From Longispora albida DSM 44784 (GTDB lineage: Bacteria > Actinomycetota > Actinomycetes > Mycobacteriales > Micromonosporaceae): a stretch of DNA of 32,000 bases. The notes under the pieces were generated by a model. It made no database searches. It was not told the DNA's origin and saw nothing but the letters and a program-made list of their open reading frames with translations. How positions within the stretch are numbered: the stretch's first letter is position 1; every line of letters starts with the position of its first letter. A program made the position numbers and the translations under genes. This document shows positions 22,786-31,196 of this stretch, piece by piece. The stretch is taken from assembly GCF_000379825.1 (NCBI RefSeq), contig NZ_KB903834.1:199976-231975 (forward strand), written 5' to 3'.

Positions 22786-24543
22786 ATGGTGGACTTTCCC
22801 GGACCGCCGCGCGCCGTGCGGATCTCCGCTGACGGCCTGCGGGTCACGTTCCTGCGGTCCGGCCAGCTCCGGATCTTCGATCTGCCCGAGGGCAGCGAGC
22901 GGGCCGTCGTGACACCGGGGCCCCTTTCCTGGTACTCGGCGGACGCGCTGGCCACCGTCGCGGCGTTCGAGATCGGCGGCGAGCTGCACCGGGCGGACCT
23001 GGCGACCGGCGAGGTCACCGCGATCGACGTGCCAGGGCCGGTCAGCGAGCCGAGGCCGGACCCGACCGGCAGGCGGATCGCGTACCTGACCGGCGGCAGC
23101 CTGCGGGTCTGGCAGCCCGATGGCCATGACTTCCTGCTCGCCGGGGAGGACAGCCGGGGAGTCTCCTGGGGTGTGGCAGAGCCGGTCGCCAGCGAGGTGT
23201 TCGGCCGCGACGCCGGGTACTGGTGGTCGCCGGACGGCGAGCACATCCTGGCAACCAGAGTCGACGTCTCCCGGCTGCCGGACGAGGGCGTACCCCTCGC
23301 CGGGCAGGACAACGCGATGGTCTCCCTGCACGTGCTCGACCTCGACGGCGGCTGGGTGGACGTGCACTGGGACCGGCTGGCCTACCCGTACCTGGCCGCG
23401 GCCGAATGGAGCCACTCCGGCCCGCTGATCACGGTCCTCCGGCGGCTCCAGCAGCACGGGCTGGCCCTGACGATCGACCCGCGTACCGGGGAGACCCAGG
23501 TCCACGCCGAGCTGTCCGATCCGCACTGGGTGGAGTTCGTGCCCGGCACGCCGTCCCGGCTGCCCGACGGGCGCGTGGTGCTCGCCGGCGAGCTGGTCCG
23601 CGACGGCCTCGACGCCCGGTGCCTCTTCGCCGACGGCGCGCTGCTGACACCGCCGTCCATGTACCCGCGCTCGGTCTGCGGGGTGCTGCCCGAGGGCCTC
23701 CTGCTCGGCGCCAGCGAGGGTGAGCCCAGCGAGCAGCACCTGTACCTGGTCAGCCTCGCCCCCAGTACCCCGCCCAGGCAGCTCACCACCACACCGGGCT
23801 GGCACAGCGCCGTGACGGGCGGGGACACGTACGCGCTCTGCTCCGCCTCGTGGGAGCACGGCGAGCCACAGTGGACGGTCGTGCGCGGGGACACCCGGTA
23901 CACCCTGGACAGCGGGACGCCCCTGCGCGCCGCCCGGCCCGCGCTGACCCGGGTCACCGACCGGCAGATCCCAGTCGCCGTGTGCTACCCGGCCGGCCAC
24001 GTGCCCGGCGTGCGGCTGCCCGTGCTGGTCCAGATCGGCACCCGGCCCGGCGAACAGCAGGTCCGCGCGGACGGCGGCACGTGGGCCGAACGGCAGTGGT
24101 GGGCCGACCAGGGATTCGCCGTGGTCAGCGTGGACGGGCGGGGGACGCCGGGGTGCTCGCCCCGGTACGAGAAGGTCGTGCACCACCGGATCGGGGACGT
24201 GGCCCTCGCCGACCAGTGCGACGCGCTGCACGCGCTGGCGGCCAAGCACCCCGACCTCGACCTCGACCGGGTCGGCGTGCGGGGCACCGGGTACGGCGGC
24301 TTCCTCGCGATCGCCGCGCTGCTCCGCCGGCCGGACCTCTTCCAGGCCGGTGTGGCGCACGCGCCGCTGCTGGACTGGGGCACGGCCAGTACCGGCTTCG
24401 CCGAGCGCTACCTCGGCCTCCCTCTCGAACAGCCAGAGGCCTACGCCAGGCACTGGCTGCACGAGGAGCTGTCCACGCTGGAGCGCCCGCTGCTGATGTC
24501 GGCGGACGGCGAGCTGGAGTTCCTCAGGGAACACCTGTCCTGA
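22786..24543 (+). CDS. S9 (prolyl oligopeptidase / DPP-IV-like) family homologue, probably catalytically inactive
   Basis: 585 aa, with a beta-propeller-like N-terminal region and an alpha/beta-hydrolase C-terminal region. The nucleophile elbow reads GTGYGG (GGG codon at 24289-24291) instead of GxSxGG. The protein ends about 80 aa later, before the expected catalytic His. The ORF-track extension 22072-22785 overlaps mshB and is rejected. Confidence 0.7.
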   Translation: MVDFPGPPRAVRISADGLRVTFLRSGQLRIFDLPEGSERAVVTPGPLSWYSADALATVAAFEIGGELHRADLATGEVTAIDVPGPVSEPRPDPTGRRIAYLTGGSLRVWQPDGHDFLLAGEDSRGVSWGVAEPVASEVFGRDAGYWWSPDGEHILATRVDVSRLPDEGVPLAGQDNAMVSLHVLDLDGGWVDVHWDRLAYPYLAAAEWSHSGPLITVLRRLQQHGLALTIDPRTGETQVHAELSDPHWVEFVPGTPSRLPDGRVVLAGELVRDGLDARCLFADGALLTPPSMYPRSVCGVLPEGLLLGASEGEPSEQHLYLVSLAPSTPPRQLTTTPGWHSAVTGGDTYALCSASWEHGEPQWTVVRGDTRYTLDSGTPLRAARPALTRVTDRQIPVAVCYPAGHVPGVRLPVLVQIGTRPGEQQVRADGGTWAERQWWADQGFAVVSVDGRGTPGCSPRYEKVVHHRIGDVALADQCDALHALAAKHPDLDLDRVGVRGTGYGGFLAIAALLRRPDLFQAGVAHAPLLDWGTASTGFAERYLGLPLEQPEAYARHWLHEELSTLERPLLMSADGELEFLREHLS

Positions 24544-24549
24544 GAAGCG

Positions 24550-24599
24550 TCAGGACGCGACACAGCCCCGGCGTACGCGACGCCGGGGCTGTGTCCTGA
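24550..24599. terminator. long GC-rich hairpin between convergent genes (I-shaped, bidirectional terminator candidate)
   Basis: GACACAGCCCCGGCGT (24559-24574), loop ACGCG, then ACGCCGGGGCTGTGTC (24580-24595). An outer 4-bp extension (24550-24553 with 24596-24599) follows a 5-nt bulge. Confidence 0.6.
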
Positions 24600-24606
24600 G
24601 AGAGGG

Positions 24607-25638
24607 TTAGGCTCGTTCGATTTCCGGGAAGTGGCAGGCCGAGGACTGCAGCGGGCCACCGACCTGGAGCAGCTGCGGCTCCTCGGTCGCGCAGATGTCC
24701 TGGGCCTTCCAGCACCGGGTACGGAACCGGCAGCCCGACGGCGGGTTCAGCGGGGTCGGCACGTCACCCTTGAGCAGGATCCGGCCGCCCTGCGCGCCCA
24801 GCTTCGTCACGTCAGGCACCGCGGAGAGCAGAGCCTTGGTGTACGGGTGGCTCGGCCGCTCGTAGATGTCGTTCCGCTCGCCGATCTCGACCATCTTGCC
24901 GAGGTACATCACGGCGATCCGCTGGCAGAAGTGCCGGACGACGGCGAGGTCGTGCGCGATGAACACGAACGCCAGGTTGAACTCGCGCTGGAGGTCACGG
25001 AGCAGGTTGATCACCTGCGCCTGGATCGACACGTCCAGGGCGGACACCGGCTCGTCGGCGATGATGATCTTCGGCCGGAGGGCCAGGGAGCGTGCGATGC
25101 CGATCCGCTGGCGCTGGCCGCCGGAGAACTCGTGCGGGAACCGGTTGTAGTGCTCCGGGTTCAGGCCGACGATCTCCAGGAGCTCCTGGACCCGCTTCTT
25201 CACGCCACCGGGCGGGTTGATCCCGTTGACCTCGAGCGGCATGGAGATGATCTTGCCGACCGTGTGCCGCGGGTTCAGCGACGAGTACGGGTCCTGGAAG
25301 ATGATCTGCATGTCCTGGCGCAGCGAGCGCATGCCGGCGTTGTTCAGCTTCGTGATGTCGCGGCCCTCGAACGTGATCTTGCCCGAGGTGGACTCCAGCA
25401 GCTTGACCAGCATCCGGCCGGTCGTGGTCTTGCCACAGCCGGACTCGCCGACCAGGCCGAGAGTCTCGCCGGCCGCGACATCGAAGCTCACGCCGTCGAC
25501 AGCCTTCACGACCTGCTTCTCGCCGAACAGGCCACCACGCACCGGGAAGTGCTTGGTCAGGTTCTCCACCTTCAGCAGCGGCTCCGCGGAACGGTCCGGG
25601 GTGCGGGGCGCCGGCGCGCTGTTCTCGATGGTGGTCAC
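24607..25638 (-). CDS. oligopeptide/dipeptide ABC transporter ATP-binding protein (OppF/BldKE-like)
   Basis: Walker A GESGCGKTT, signature FSGGQRQRIGIARSL, Walker B IIIADEPVSALD. C-terminal Cys-rich extension CRFRTRCWKAQDIC...CHF. ATGA-type overlap with the upstream ATPase gene (25635-25638). Confidence 0.9.
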   Translation of the reverse strand: MTTIENSAPAPRTPDRSAEPLLKVENLTKHFPVRGGLFGEKQVVKAVDGVSFDVAAGETLGLVGESGCGKTTTGRMLVKLLESTSGKITFEGRDITKLNNAGMRSLRQDMQIIFQDPYSSLNPRHTVGKIISMPLEVNGINPPGGVKKRVQELLEIVGLNPEHYNRFPHEFSGGQRQRIGIARSLALRPKIIIADEPVSALDVSIQAQVINLLRDLQREFNLAFVFIAHDLAVVRHFCQRIAVMYLGKMVEIGERNDIYERPSHPYTKALLSAVPDVTKLGAQGGRILLKGDVPTPLNPPSGCRFRTRCWKAQDICATEEPQLLQVGGPLQSSACHFPEIERA

Positions 25639-26687
25639 TGTGCGACTCCCGAATGTGCGATGTCCTGCTGGTAGGTCTGCACCCGCTCCTGCTCCGGCAG
25701 GTGACAGGCGACGGAGTGGCCGCGCTCCTGCACCTGGAGCAGCTGCGGGATCTCCAGGTCACACGGCCTGCCGTCGCCCAGCATGGCGTACCGGCACCGC
25801 GGGTTGAACGCGCAACCCGAAGGCAGGTTGATCAGCGACGGCGGGTTGCCCTTGATCGGGACCAGGTCCTCGTTCGCGTCGCCGTGCAGGGAGGGCACGC
25901 TGGACAGCAGGCCCCAGGTGTACGGGTGCTGCGGGCGGCGCATGACCGACTCGACGGTACCGGTCTCGACCGCGCGGCCGCCGTACATCACCAGGACGTC
26001 GTCGGCGATCTGGCTGATCACGCCGAGGTCGTGGGTGATCATGATGATCGCGGAGTTGAACTCGCGCTGGAGGTCCAGCAGCAGGTCGAGGATCTGCGCC
26101 TGCACCGTCACGTCGAGCGCGGTGGTCGGCTCGTCCGCGATGATCAGGTTCGGGTTGTTCACCAGGGACATGGCGATCATGGCCCGCTGGCGCATACCAC
26201 CCGAGAACTCGTGCGGGTACTGGTCGGCACGCTTGGCCGGCTGCGGGATGCCCACCCGGTCGAGCATCTCGATCGCCCGCTTGCGGGACTCCTTCTTGCT
26301 CACCTTGTGGTGCACCTGGTGAGCCTCCACGATCTGGTGACCGATCGTGTAGAAGGGGTGCAGCGCGGACAGCGGGTCCTGGAAGATCATGGAGACCTGC
26401 TGGCCACGGACCTCGCGGAGCTTCTCCTCCGGCAGGTTCAGGATGTTGCGGCCATCCACCAGGATCTCGCCCGTCATCGCCGCGCGCTTGCGGTTGTGCA
26501 GGCCCATGATGGACAGGCTCGTCACGCTCTTGCCGGAGCCGGACTCACCGACGATGCCGAGCGTCTTGCCGCGCTCGACGGCGAACGACACACCGTCGAC
26601 GGCCTTGACGACGCCGTCTTCGGTCTTGAACTGGACCCGCAGATCCTTGACCTGAAGGTACGGATTCTGGTCAGCCATTGGTGTCAC
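25635..26687 (-). CDS. oligopeptide/dipeptide ABC transporter ATP-binding protein (OppD/BldKD-like)
   Basis: Walker A GESGSGKSV, FSGGMRQRAMIAMSL, LIIADEPTTALD. C-terminal CAFNPRCRY...C...CHL. Confidence 0.9.
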   Translation of the reverse strand: MTPMADQNPYLQVKDLRVQFKTEDGVVKAVDGVSFAVERGKTLGIVGESGSGKSVTSLSIMGLHNRKRAAMTGEILVDGRNILNLPEEKLREVRGQQVSMIFQDPLSALHPFYTIGHQIVEAHQVHHKVSKKESRKRAIEMLDRVGIPQPAKRADQYPHEFSGGMRQRAMIAMSLVNNPNLIIADEPTTALDVTVQAQILDLLLDLQREFNSAIIMITHDLGVISQIADDVLVMYGGRAVETGTVESVMRRPQHPYTWGLLSSVPSLHGDANEDLVPIKGNPPSLINLPSGCAFNPRCRYAMLGDGRPCDLEIPQLLQVQERGHSVACHLPEQERVQTYQQDIAHSGVAQ

Positions 26688-26693
26688 TCCCCC

Positions 26694-27686
26694 CTAGCTC
26701 AGCTTGACGCGCGGGTCGATGACCGCGTACATCGCGTCGACGATCACGTTGAACAGCACCACGAAGAACGCGGCGAGCAGCACGGTGGCCATCACGATCG
26801 GCAGGTTGTCGTCGCCGACCGCCTTGACCGCGAGCTTGCCGATACCCGGCATGTCGAACGTCGTCTCGGTGATCGCCGCGCCACCGAGCAGGCCGCCGAG
26901 CTGGAGGCCGAAGATGGTGACGATCGAGCTGAGGGAGGCGCGCAGCGCGTGCTTGATGTTCACGGCGCGCGGCGTCAGGCCCTTGGCGCGTGCGGTACGC
27001 ACGAAGTCTTCGGAGAGGATCTCCAGCATCTCGGCGCGGGCGAACCGGGCGTAGGTCGCCGCGCTCAGCACGCCGAGGGTGACCCACGGAAGGCTCATGC
27101 CGCTCAACCAGCCCAGGAAGTCCTCGGAAGGCGGGACATATCGCGGGCGGTCCCAGATCTTGAGCTGGTAGACCAGCACCATCTGGAGTAGCAGGCCGAG
27201 GAAGAAGATCTGGAGGGAAGCGCCGGTGAGCGCGAACCCGATGGAGAACTTGTCGAGCCAGCCACCGCGTTTCAGCGCGGAGGCGATGCCCAGCGACACG
27301 CCGAGCAGCACGGAGATCACCGCGCTGCCGACAGCGATGCTGGCGGAGACCGGAAGGCCACGCTCGATGATGTCGAGCACCGGCTCGCTGGTCCGGAAGG
27401 ACACGCCGAGGCAGGGGGCTGGGCACTTGATCGCGTCGGCGCCCTCGCCGATCTCGCGGCCGGTGAAGATGCCGCTCATGAACCGGCCGTACTGCTCGTG
27501 GATCGGGTCCTTCAGGCCGAGCGACTTGTTGATCCGCTCGATCTTGGCAGCGTCACACGCCTTCGCCCCGCACATCTGCGCCGCGGGATTCGCCGATCCT
27601 GCGAAGAACAGCCAGAACGTGGTAATGGAGATCATCAACAGGGTGATGACCGCGATCAGCGATCGCTTGATGAGATACCGCAGCAT
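26694..27686 (-). CDS. oligopeptide ABC transporter permease (OppB/DppB/BldKC-like)
   Basis: I chose ATG at 27686 (MLRYLIKRSLIAVITLLM, the usual DppB N-terminus, with GGAAGG upstream). It has the FVRTARAKGL EAA-loop. The ORF-track GTG at 27782 adds 32 non-conserved residues. Confidence 0.85.
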   Translation of the reverse strand: MLRYLIKRSLIAVITLLMISITTFWLFFAGSANPAAQMCGAKACDAAKIERINKSLGLKDPIHEQYGRFMSGIFTGREIGEGADAIKCPAPCLGVSFRTSEPVLDIIERGLPVSASIAVGSAVISVLLGVSLGIASALKRGGWLDKFSIGFALTGASLQIFFLGLLLQMVLVYQLKIWDRPRYVPPSEDFLGWLSGMSLPWVTLGVLSAATYARFARAEMLEILSEDFVRTARAKGLTPRAVNIKHALRASLSSIVTIFGLQLGGLLGGAAITETTFDMPGIGKLAVKAVGDDNLPIVMATVLLAAFFVVLFNVIVDAMYAVIDPRVKLS

Positions 27687-27844
27687 GGGGGCCTTCCGAG
27701 GTTCTGCCCAGAGCGTCCGGTCGAGGGCGAGCGATTGACGTGCTTGGCTGGCCGCCGGGGGTGGCCGGATCACTCCGGCCACCCCCGGCGTGCGGAGCGG
27801 CTACCTGACGGTCACCGCGCCGCGCGCCTGGTCTAGCGAGGGAC

Positions 27845-29596
27845 CTACGCCTTGACGAAGATCCGGGTCACGTTGACCTGGGAGTACAGCGGGCTGAGGA
27901 ACGCGCCGCCGACCTTGGTGCCGATGAGGCTGTAGTGCCGGGTGTACGTCGTCGGGATGACCGGGACGAACTCCTTCATGATCTTCTCGTCCAGCTCGCC
28001 GTAAGCCTTCGCGGCGGCCTCGCGGTCCGTCATCTCACGCAGCTTCTTGAGCTCCGCGTTGATCGAGGGCTCGTTGAAGTACGAGTAGTTGTTGTTGCCC
28101 TCGTCCTTGATCAGCGTGCCGTCGAACAGAACACCCAGGGTGCTCTCACCGTCGGGCCAGTCCTGACCCCAGCCAGAGCCGACCAGGTCGCAGTCGTTGC
28201 CCTTCTTGCCGATCGTGGTGTAGTAGTCCTTGCGGTCGATCGGCTTGAGCGCGACCTGGAAGACGTTGTCCCGCTCGAAGCTGGCCTTGACGATCGCGGC
28301 GGCCTTCTGGCCGTTGGTGGTGTTGACGAAGCAGTAGGTCAGCTTCTCGACCTTCTTGCCGGTCATGAGCTGCTTGGCCTTGGCCACGTCGCCGCTCTCG
28401 CCCATCGGGTAGGCGTCGTACTTCTTGTAACCCGGGACAACCGGAGCCATCAGCGTGGTGGACGGCACGGCGACCTTGTTACCACCGGCGTTCTTGATGG
28501 CGGCCGACTTGTCGTACATGAAGACCAGGGCGCGACGAACGTCGACGTCCTTGATGCGGTCGTAGTTCATGTTGATGTAGTTGGCGTACGGCGTCGCGCC
28601 CTGGATGACCCGCTTCTCGAGCTCCGGGTCGGCGGCGACGGTCGCCAGGTTCTCCTGCGCGACGTCCGACACGGCGATGGCCGCAGCGTCCTCACCGGTG
28701 GAGGCCATGACCCGCTGGGTCTGGTTCTGCCGGTTCACGGAGAAGTCGAACTTGACGGTGTCCGGGTACTGGTGACGGATCGGGTCCGTCTTCGGGTCCC
28801 AGTTCGGGTTGCGGTCAAGGATCAGGTGCGAGTCGCGCTTGTATTCCTTGATCTTGTACGGACCAGACGACTGGAACTCGGTCTCGTACTTCTCGTTGTT
28901 GAACTTGGACTCCTGCACCGGCGTGCTGATCGGGTACGTCAGCCAGTACGGGACGGCCTGCTCGGGCTTCTCGAGGGTGATGACGACGGTCTTGTCGCCC
29001 TCAGCCTTGACACCCGGAACCGGCTTGCCCTTGTCAACGGTCGGACCCTGGTACTCACGCTTCGGGTCGGCAGCGGCCTGCAGGTACTGCGGGCCCTGGA
29101 CGCCGAACTTGCCGTACGACAGGCCAAGGCCGAACACGACGTCCTTGGCGGTGATCGGCGAGCCGTCCTCGAACTTGATGCCGTCACGCAGGGTGAACTT
29201 CCAGGTCTTACCACCGTCGGTGGTGACACCGGCGTTGGTCGCCAGGTCGCCGACGACCTCGATGGCGTCGCCCTGCTTCACCGGCTCCTTGTACGCGGTC
29301 AGCGTCCGGTGGAACAGGCCCGTTCCGTAGTTGATGGCGTCGCCGACGTAAATCTGCTGCGGCGACAGGTGCTCGAAGTCGCCGTCCTGCAGGATCAGGA
29401 GCTGGCCGCCCTTACGAGCGCCCTCGACCTCGGGGGCTGGGACCGGGGTCTTGCCCTCCTTGTCGACAACGATCGCCTTCTTGTTCGAGTCGGCGCCTTC
29501 ACCCTTGTTGTCGCTGTTGGTGGTCTTGCTGCAGCCAGCAGCGGCGAGGCTGATGGCGAGAGCGCTGATCGCCAGCGCCCGTACGCGGTGTCGCAC
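27845..29596 (-). CDS. peptide-binding lipoprotein, ABC SBP family 5 (OppA/BldKB-like)
   Basis: GTG at 29596 preceded by AGAGAGGAGA. Lipoprotein signal RALAISALAISLAAAGC. 583 aa with a family-5 SBP sequence. The 5' part of the ORF-track entry (to 29935) overlaps the permease gene and is rejected. Confidence 0.85.
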   Translation of the reverse strand: MRHRVRALAISALAISLAAAGCSKTTNSDNKGEGADSNKKAIVVDKEGKTPVPAPEVEGARKGGQLLILQDGDFEHLSPQQIYVGDAINYGTGLFHRTLTAYKEPVKQGDAIEVVGDLATNAGVTTDGGKTWKFTLRDGIKFEDGSPITAKDVVFGLGLSYGKFGVQGPQYLQAAADPKREYQGPTVDKGKPVPGVKAEGDKTVVITLEKPEQAVPYWLTYPISTPVQESKFNNEKYETEFQSSGPYKIKEYKRDSHLILDRNPNWDPKTDPIRHQYPDTVKFDFSVNRQNQTQRVMASTGEDAAAIAVSDVAQENLATVAADPELEKRVIQGATPYANYINMNYDRIKDVDVRRALVFMYDKSAAIKNAGGNKVAVPSTTLMAPVVPGYKKYDAYPMGESGDVAKAKQLMTGKKVEKLTYCFVNTTNGQKAAAIVKASFERDNVFQVALKPIDRKDYYTTIGKKGNDCDLVGSGWGQDWPDGESTLGVLFDGTLIKDEGNNNYSYFNEPSINAELKKLREMTDREAAAKAYGELDEKIMKEFVPVIPTTYTRHYSLIGTKVGGAFLSPLYSQVNVTRIFVKA

Positions 29597-29676
29597 GGTA
29601 TCTCCTCTCTCAAGCCCGGCACTCGGTGCTCGTCCGGCGGACCAGCCCCGGGGCGGGACGTCTGCGGGGTGCGGCG

Positions 29677-30711
29677 CTACTTGGTGGACTTGGGGTCCAG
29701 AGCGTCGCGGAGGGCGTCGCCGAACAGGTTGAACGAGAGCACCAGCAGGAAGAGCGCCACGCCGGGGATCAGCATGTACATGGGCTCGACCTGGTACCAG
29801 GCAACACTCTCGTTCACCATGCGGCCCCAGTCGGGGGTGGGCTCGGTGACGCCGATGTTGAGGAAGGACAGAGCGGCCTCGCCTGTGACGGTGGCCGGGA
29901 CGCCGAGAGAGAGGGTCACCAGGATCGGCGCCCACAGGTTCGGCAGGAGCTGACGGAAGAGGATGTGGCCCGTACCGGCGCCGGCGGCCCGCGCGGCCTC
30001 GATGTACTCGCGCTCGCGGAGGGACAGCACCTGGCCGCGGACCAGACGGGCCGTGCCCATCCAGCCGAACACGGAGAACACCACGATGATCGTGATGACC
30101 CGGGAGAACGGTGAGACCTCGCCCTTGTCGTCAGCCAGCCAGGTGTTGACGATCGGGATCGCCGCGAAGGCGAACAGCACGAACGGGAACGCCAGCATGA
30201 AGTCGGTGAACCAGTTGATGAACGAGTCCACCCAGCCGCCACGGTAGGCGGCGACCAGGCCCATGACCACGCCGATCGCCAGCGAGATGAGCGAGGCGGT
30301 GACCGCGATACCCAGCGAGGTACGGGCGCCGTAGACCAGCTGCATGAAGATGTCACGGCCGGTACGGGGCTCGACACCCAGGATGTGGATGTTGTTCGAC
30401 GGGTTGTCCGTGCTGAACGTGATGCCGCCGAGCACGCCCAGCGGGCGGGAGTCGTCGTTCAGCAGGTTCGAGTTCAGCGTGGTCGCCGACTGGCCGTACA
30501 CCATCTCGATCAGGGGCGCGGCGATCGCGACGATCAGGAACGTCACCGAGATCCACATCGAGACCACGCCGACCCGGTCGCGCTTGAAGCGCATCCAGGC
30601 GAGCTGGCCCGGCGAACGGCCGACCAGCGCGGCCTTGTTCTCGGCCTTGGGCTCCGGTGCCGTGCCGGGCTCGAGGGCTGTGCCCTGGCCGGACGACGTC
30701 GTGTCGCTCAT
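29677..30711 (-). CDS. oligopeptide ABC transporter permease (OppC/DppC/BldKA-like)
   Basis: ATG at 30711 preceded by GGAGGAGG. N-terminal WMRFKRDRVGVVS and YIEAARAAGAGTGHILFRQLLPN (EAA loop). 344 aa. Confidence 0.85.
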   Translation of the reverse strand: MSDTTSSGQGTALEPGTAPEPKAENKAALVGRSPGQLAWMRFKRDRVGVVSMWISVTFLIVAIAAPLIEMVYGQSATTLNSNLLNDDSRPLGVLGGITFSTDNPSNNIHILGVEPRTGRDIFMQLVYGARTSLGIAVTASLISLAIGVVMGLVAAYRGGWVDSFINWFTDFMLAFPFVLFAFAAIPIVNTWLADDKGEVSPFSRVITIIVVFSVFGWMGTARLVRGQVLSLREREYIEAARAAGAGTGHILFRQLLPNLWAPILVTLSLGVPATVTGEAALSFLNIGVTEPTPDWGRMVNESVAWYQVEPMYMLIPGVALFLLVLSFNLFGDALRDALDPKSTK

Positions 30712-30719
30712 GAAACGTG

Positions 30720-30752
30720 CCTCCTCCGTGCGGAGGGCCCGTCTCGCCCTCC
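30720..30752 (-). promoter_or_regulatory. SD / anti-SD / SD-mimic triplet in the 5' leader of the first permease gene
   Basis: The minus-strand mRNA reads GGAGGGC (from 30746-52), loop, GCCCTCC (30732-38), GCAC, GGAGGAGG (the SD, 30720-27), 8 nt, then ATG. CCTCC can pair either with the upstream GGAGGGC (7 bp) or with the SD (5 bp). Confidence 0.35.
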
Positions 30753-31099
30753 CACTGACGGAAAAGTAGCGGGCGCCACAGGATTGGTGGACGCCGCGCG
30801 GCATCGTTCCGATAACAGCTCGATCACGCAAGCCGGTTTCACGTCCGGTTTTGCGGGTTTTGGCGCTGCCGTGGGCGGTTTTAGTGTATCGGTAAGTAGG
30901 TTGTGAATACCCGGATTGCCCCCGGCAATTGCCACTGTGTGTAGTCATGTGACGGCAAATCGTGACGGGATGTGCGCACAAGGCATCACGGGCCGGGCAC
31001 AGGCCATCCCGGACGGTCACCGCGGTCATCCTGACCACGATCCCTGTCGCGCGCCCCCGTGGCGCTCTCGCCGTAAAGGTTGACTCTGCCTCAGCCAAT

Positions 31100-31143
31100 C
31101 GGAGATCGGCAAGACCCTTTTCGGAGATCTGCAAGACCCTTTT
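31100..31143 (+). repeat. two tandem copies of a 22-bp repeat upstream of tldD (candidate operator)
   Basis: CGGAGATCGGCAAGACCCTTTT (31100-31121) and CGGAGATCTGCAAGACCCTTTT (31122-31143) are 21/22 identical. They lie 54-97 nt upstream of the ATG at 31197. Confidence 0.6.
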
Positions 31144-31196
31144 TGGCTGGCCGGATGTGTCAGGCTGGGCCCAACGTCCATCCTGGAGGTAGCAAT

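Noticed and set aside
31100-31143. Possible miniature CRISPR or iteron array.
   Set aside because: There are only two directly abutting repeat units with no spacers, and no cas genes in the window. I kept it as a tandem repeat or candidate operator only.
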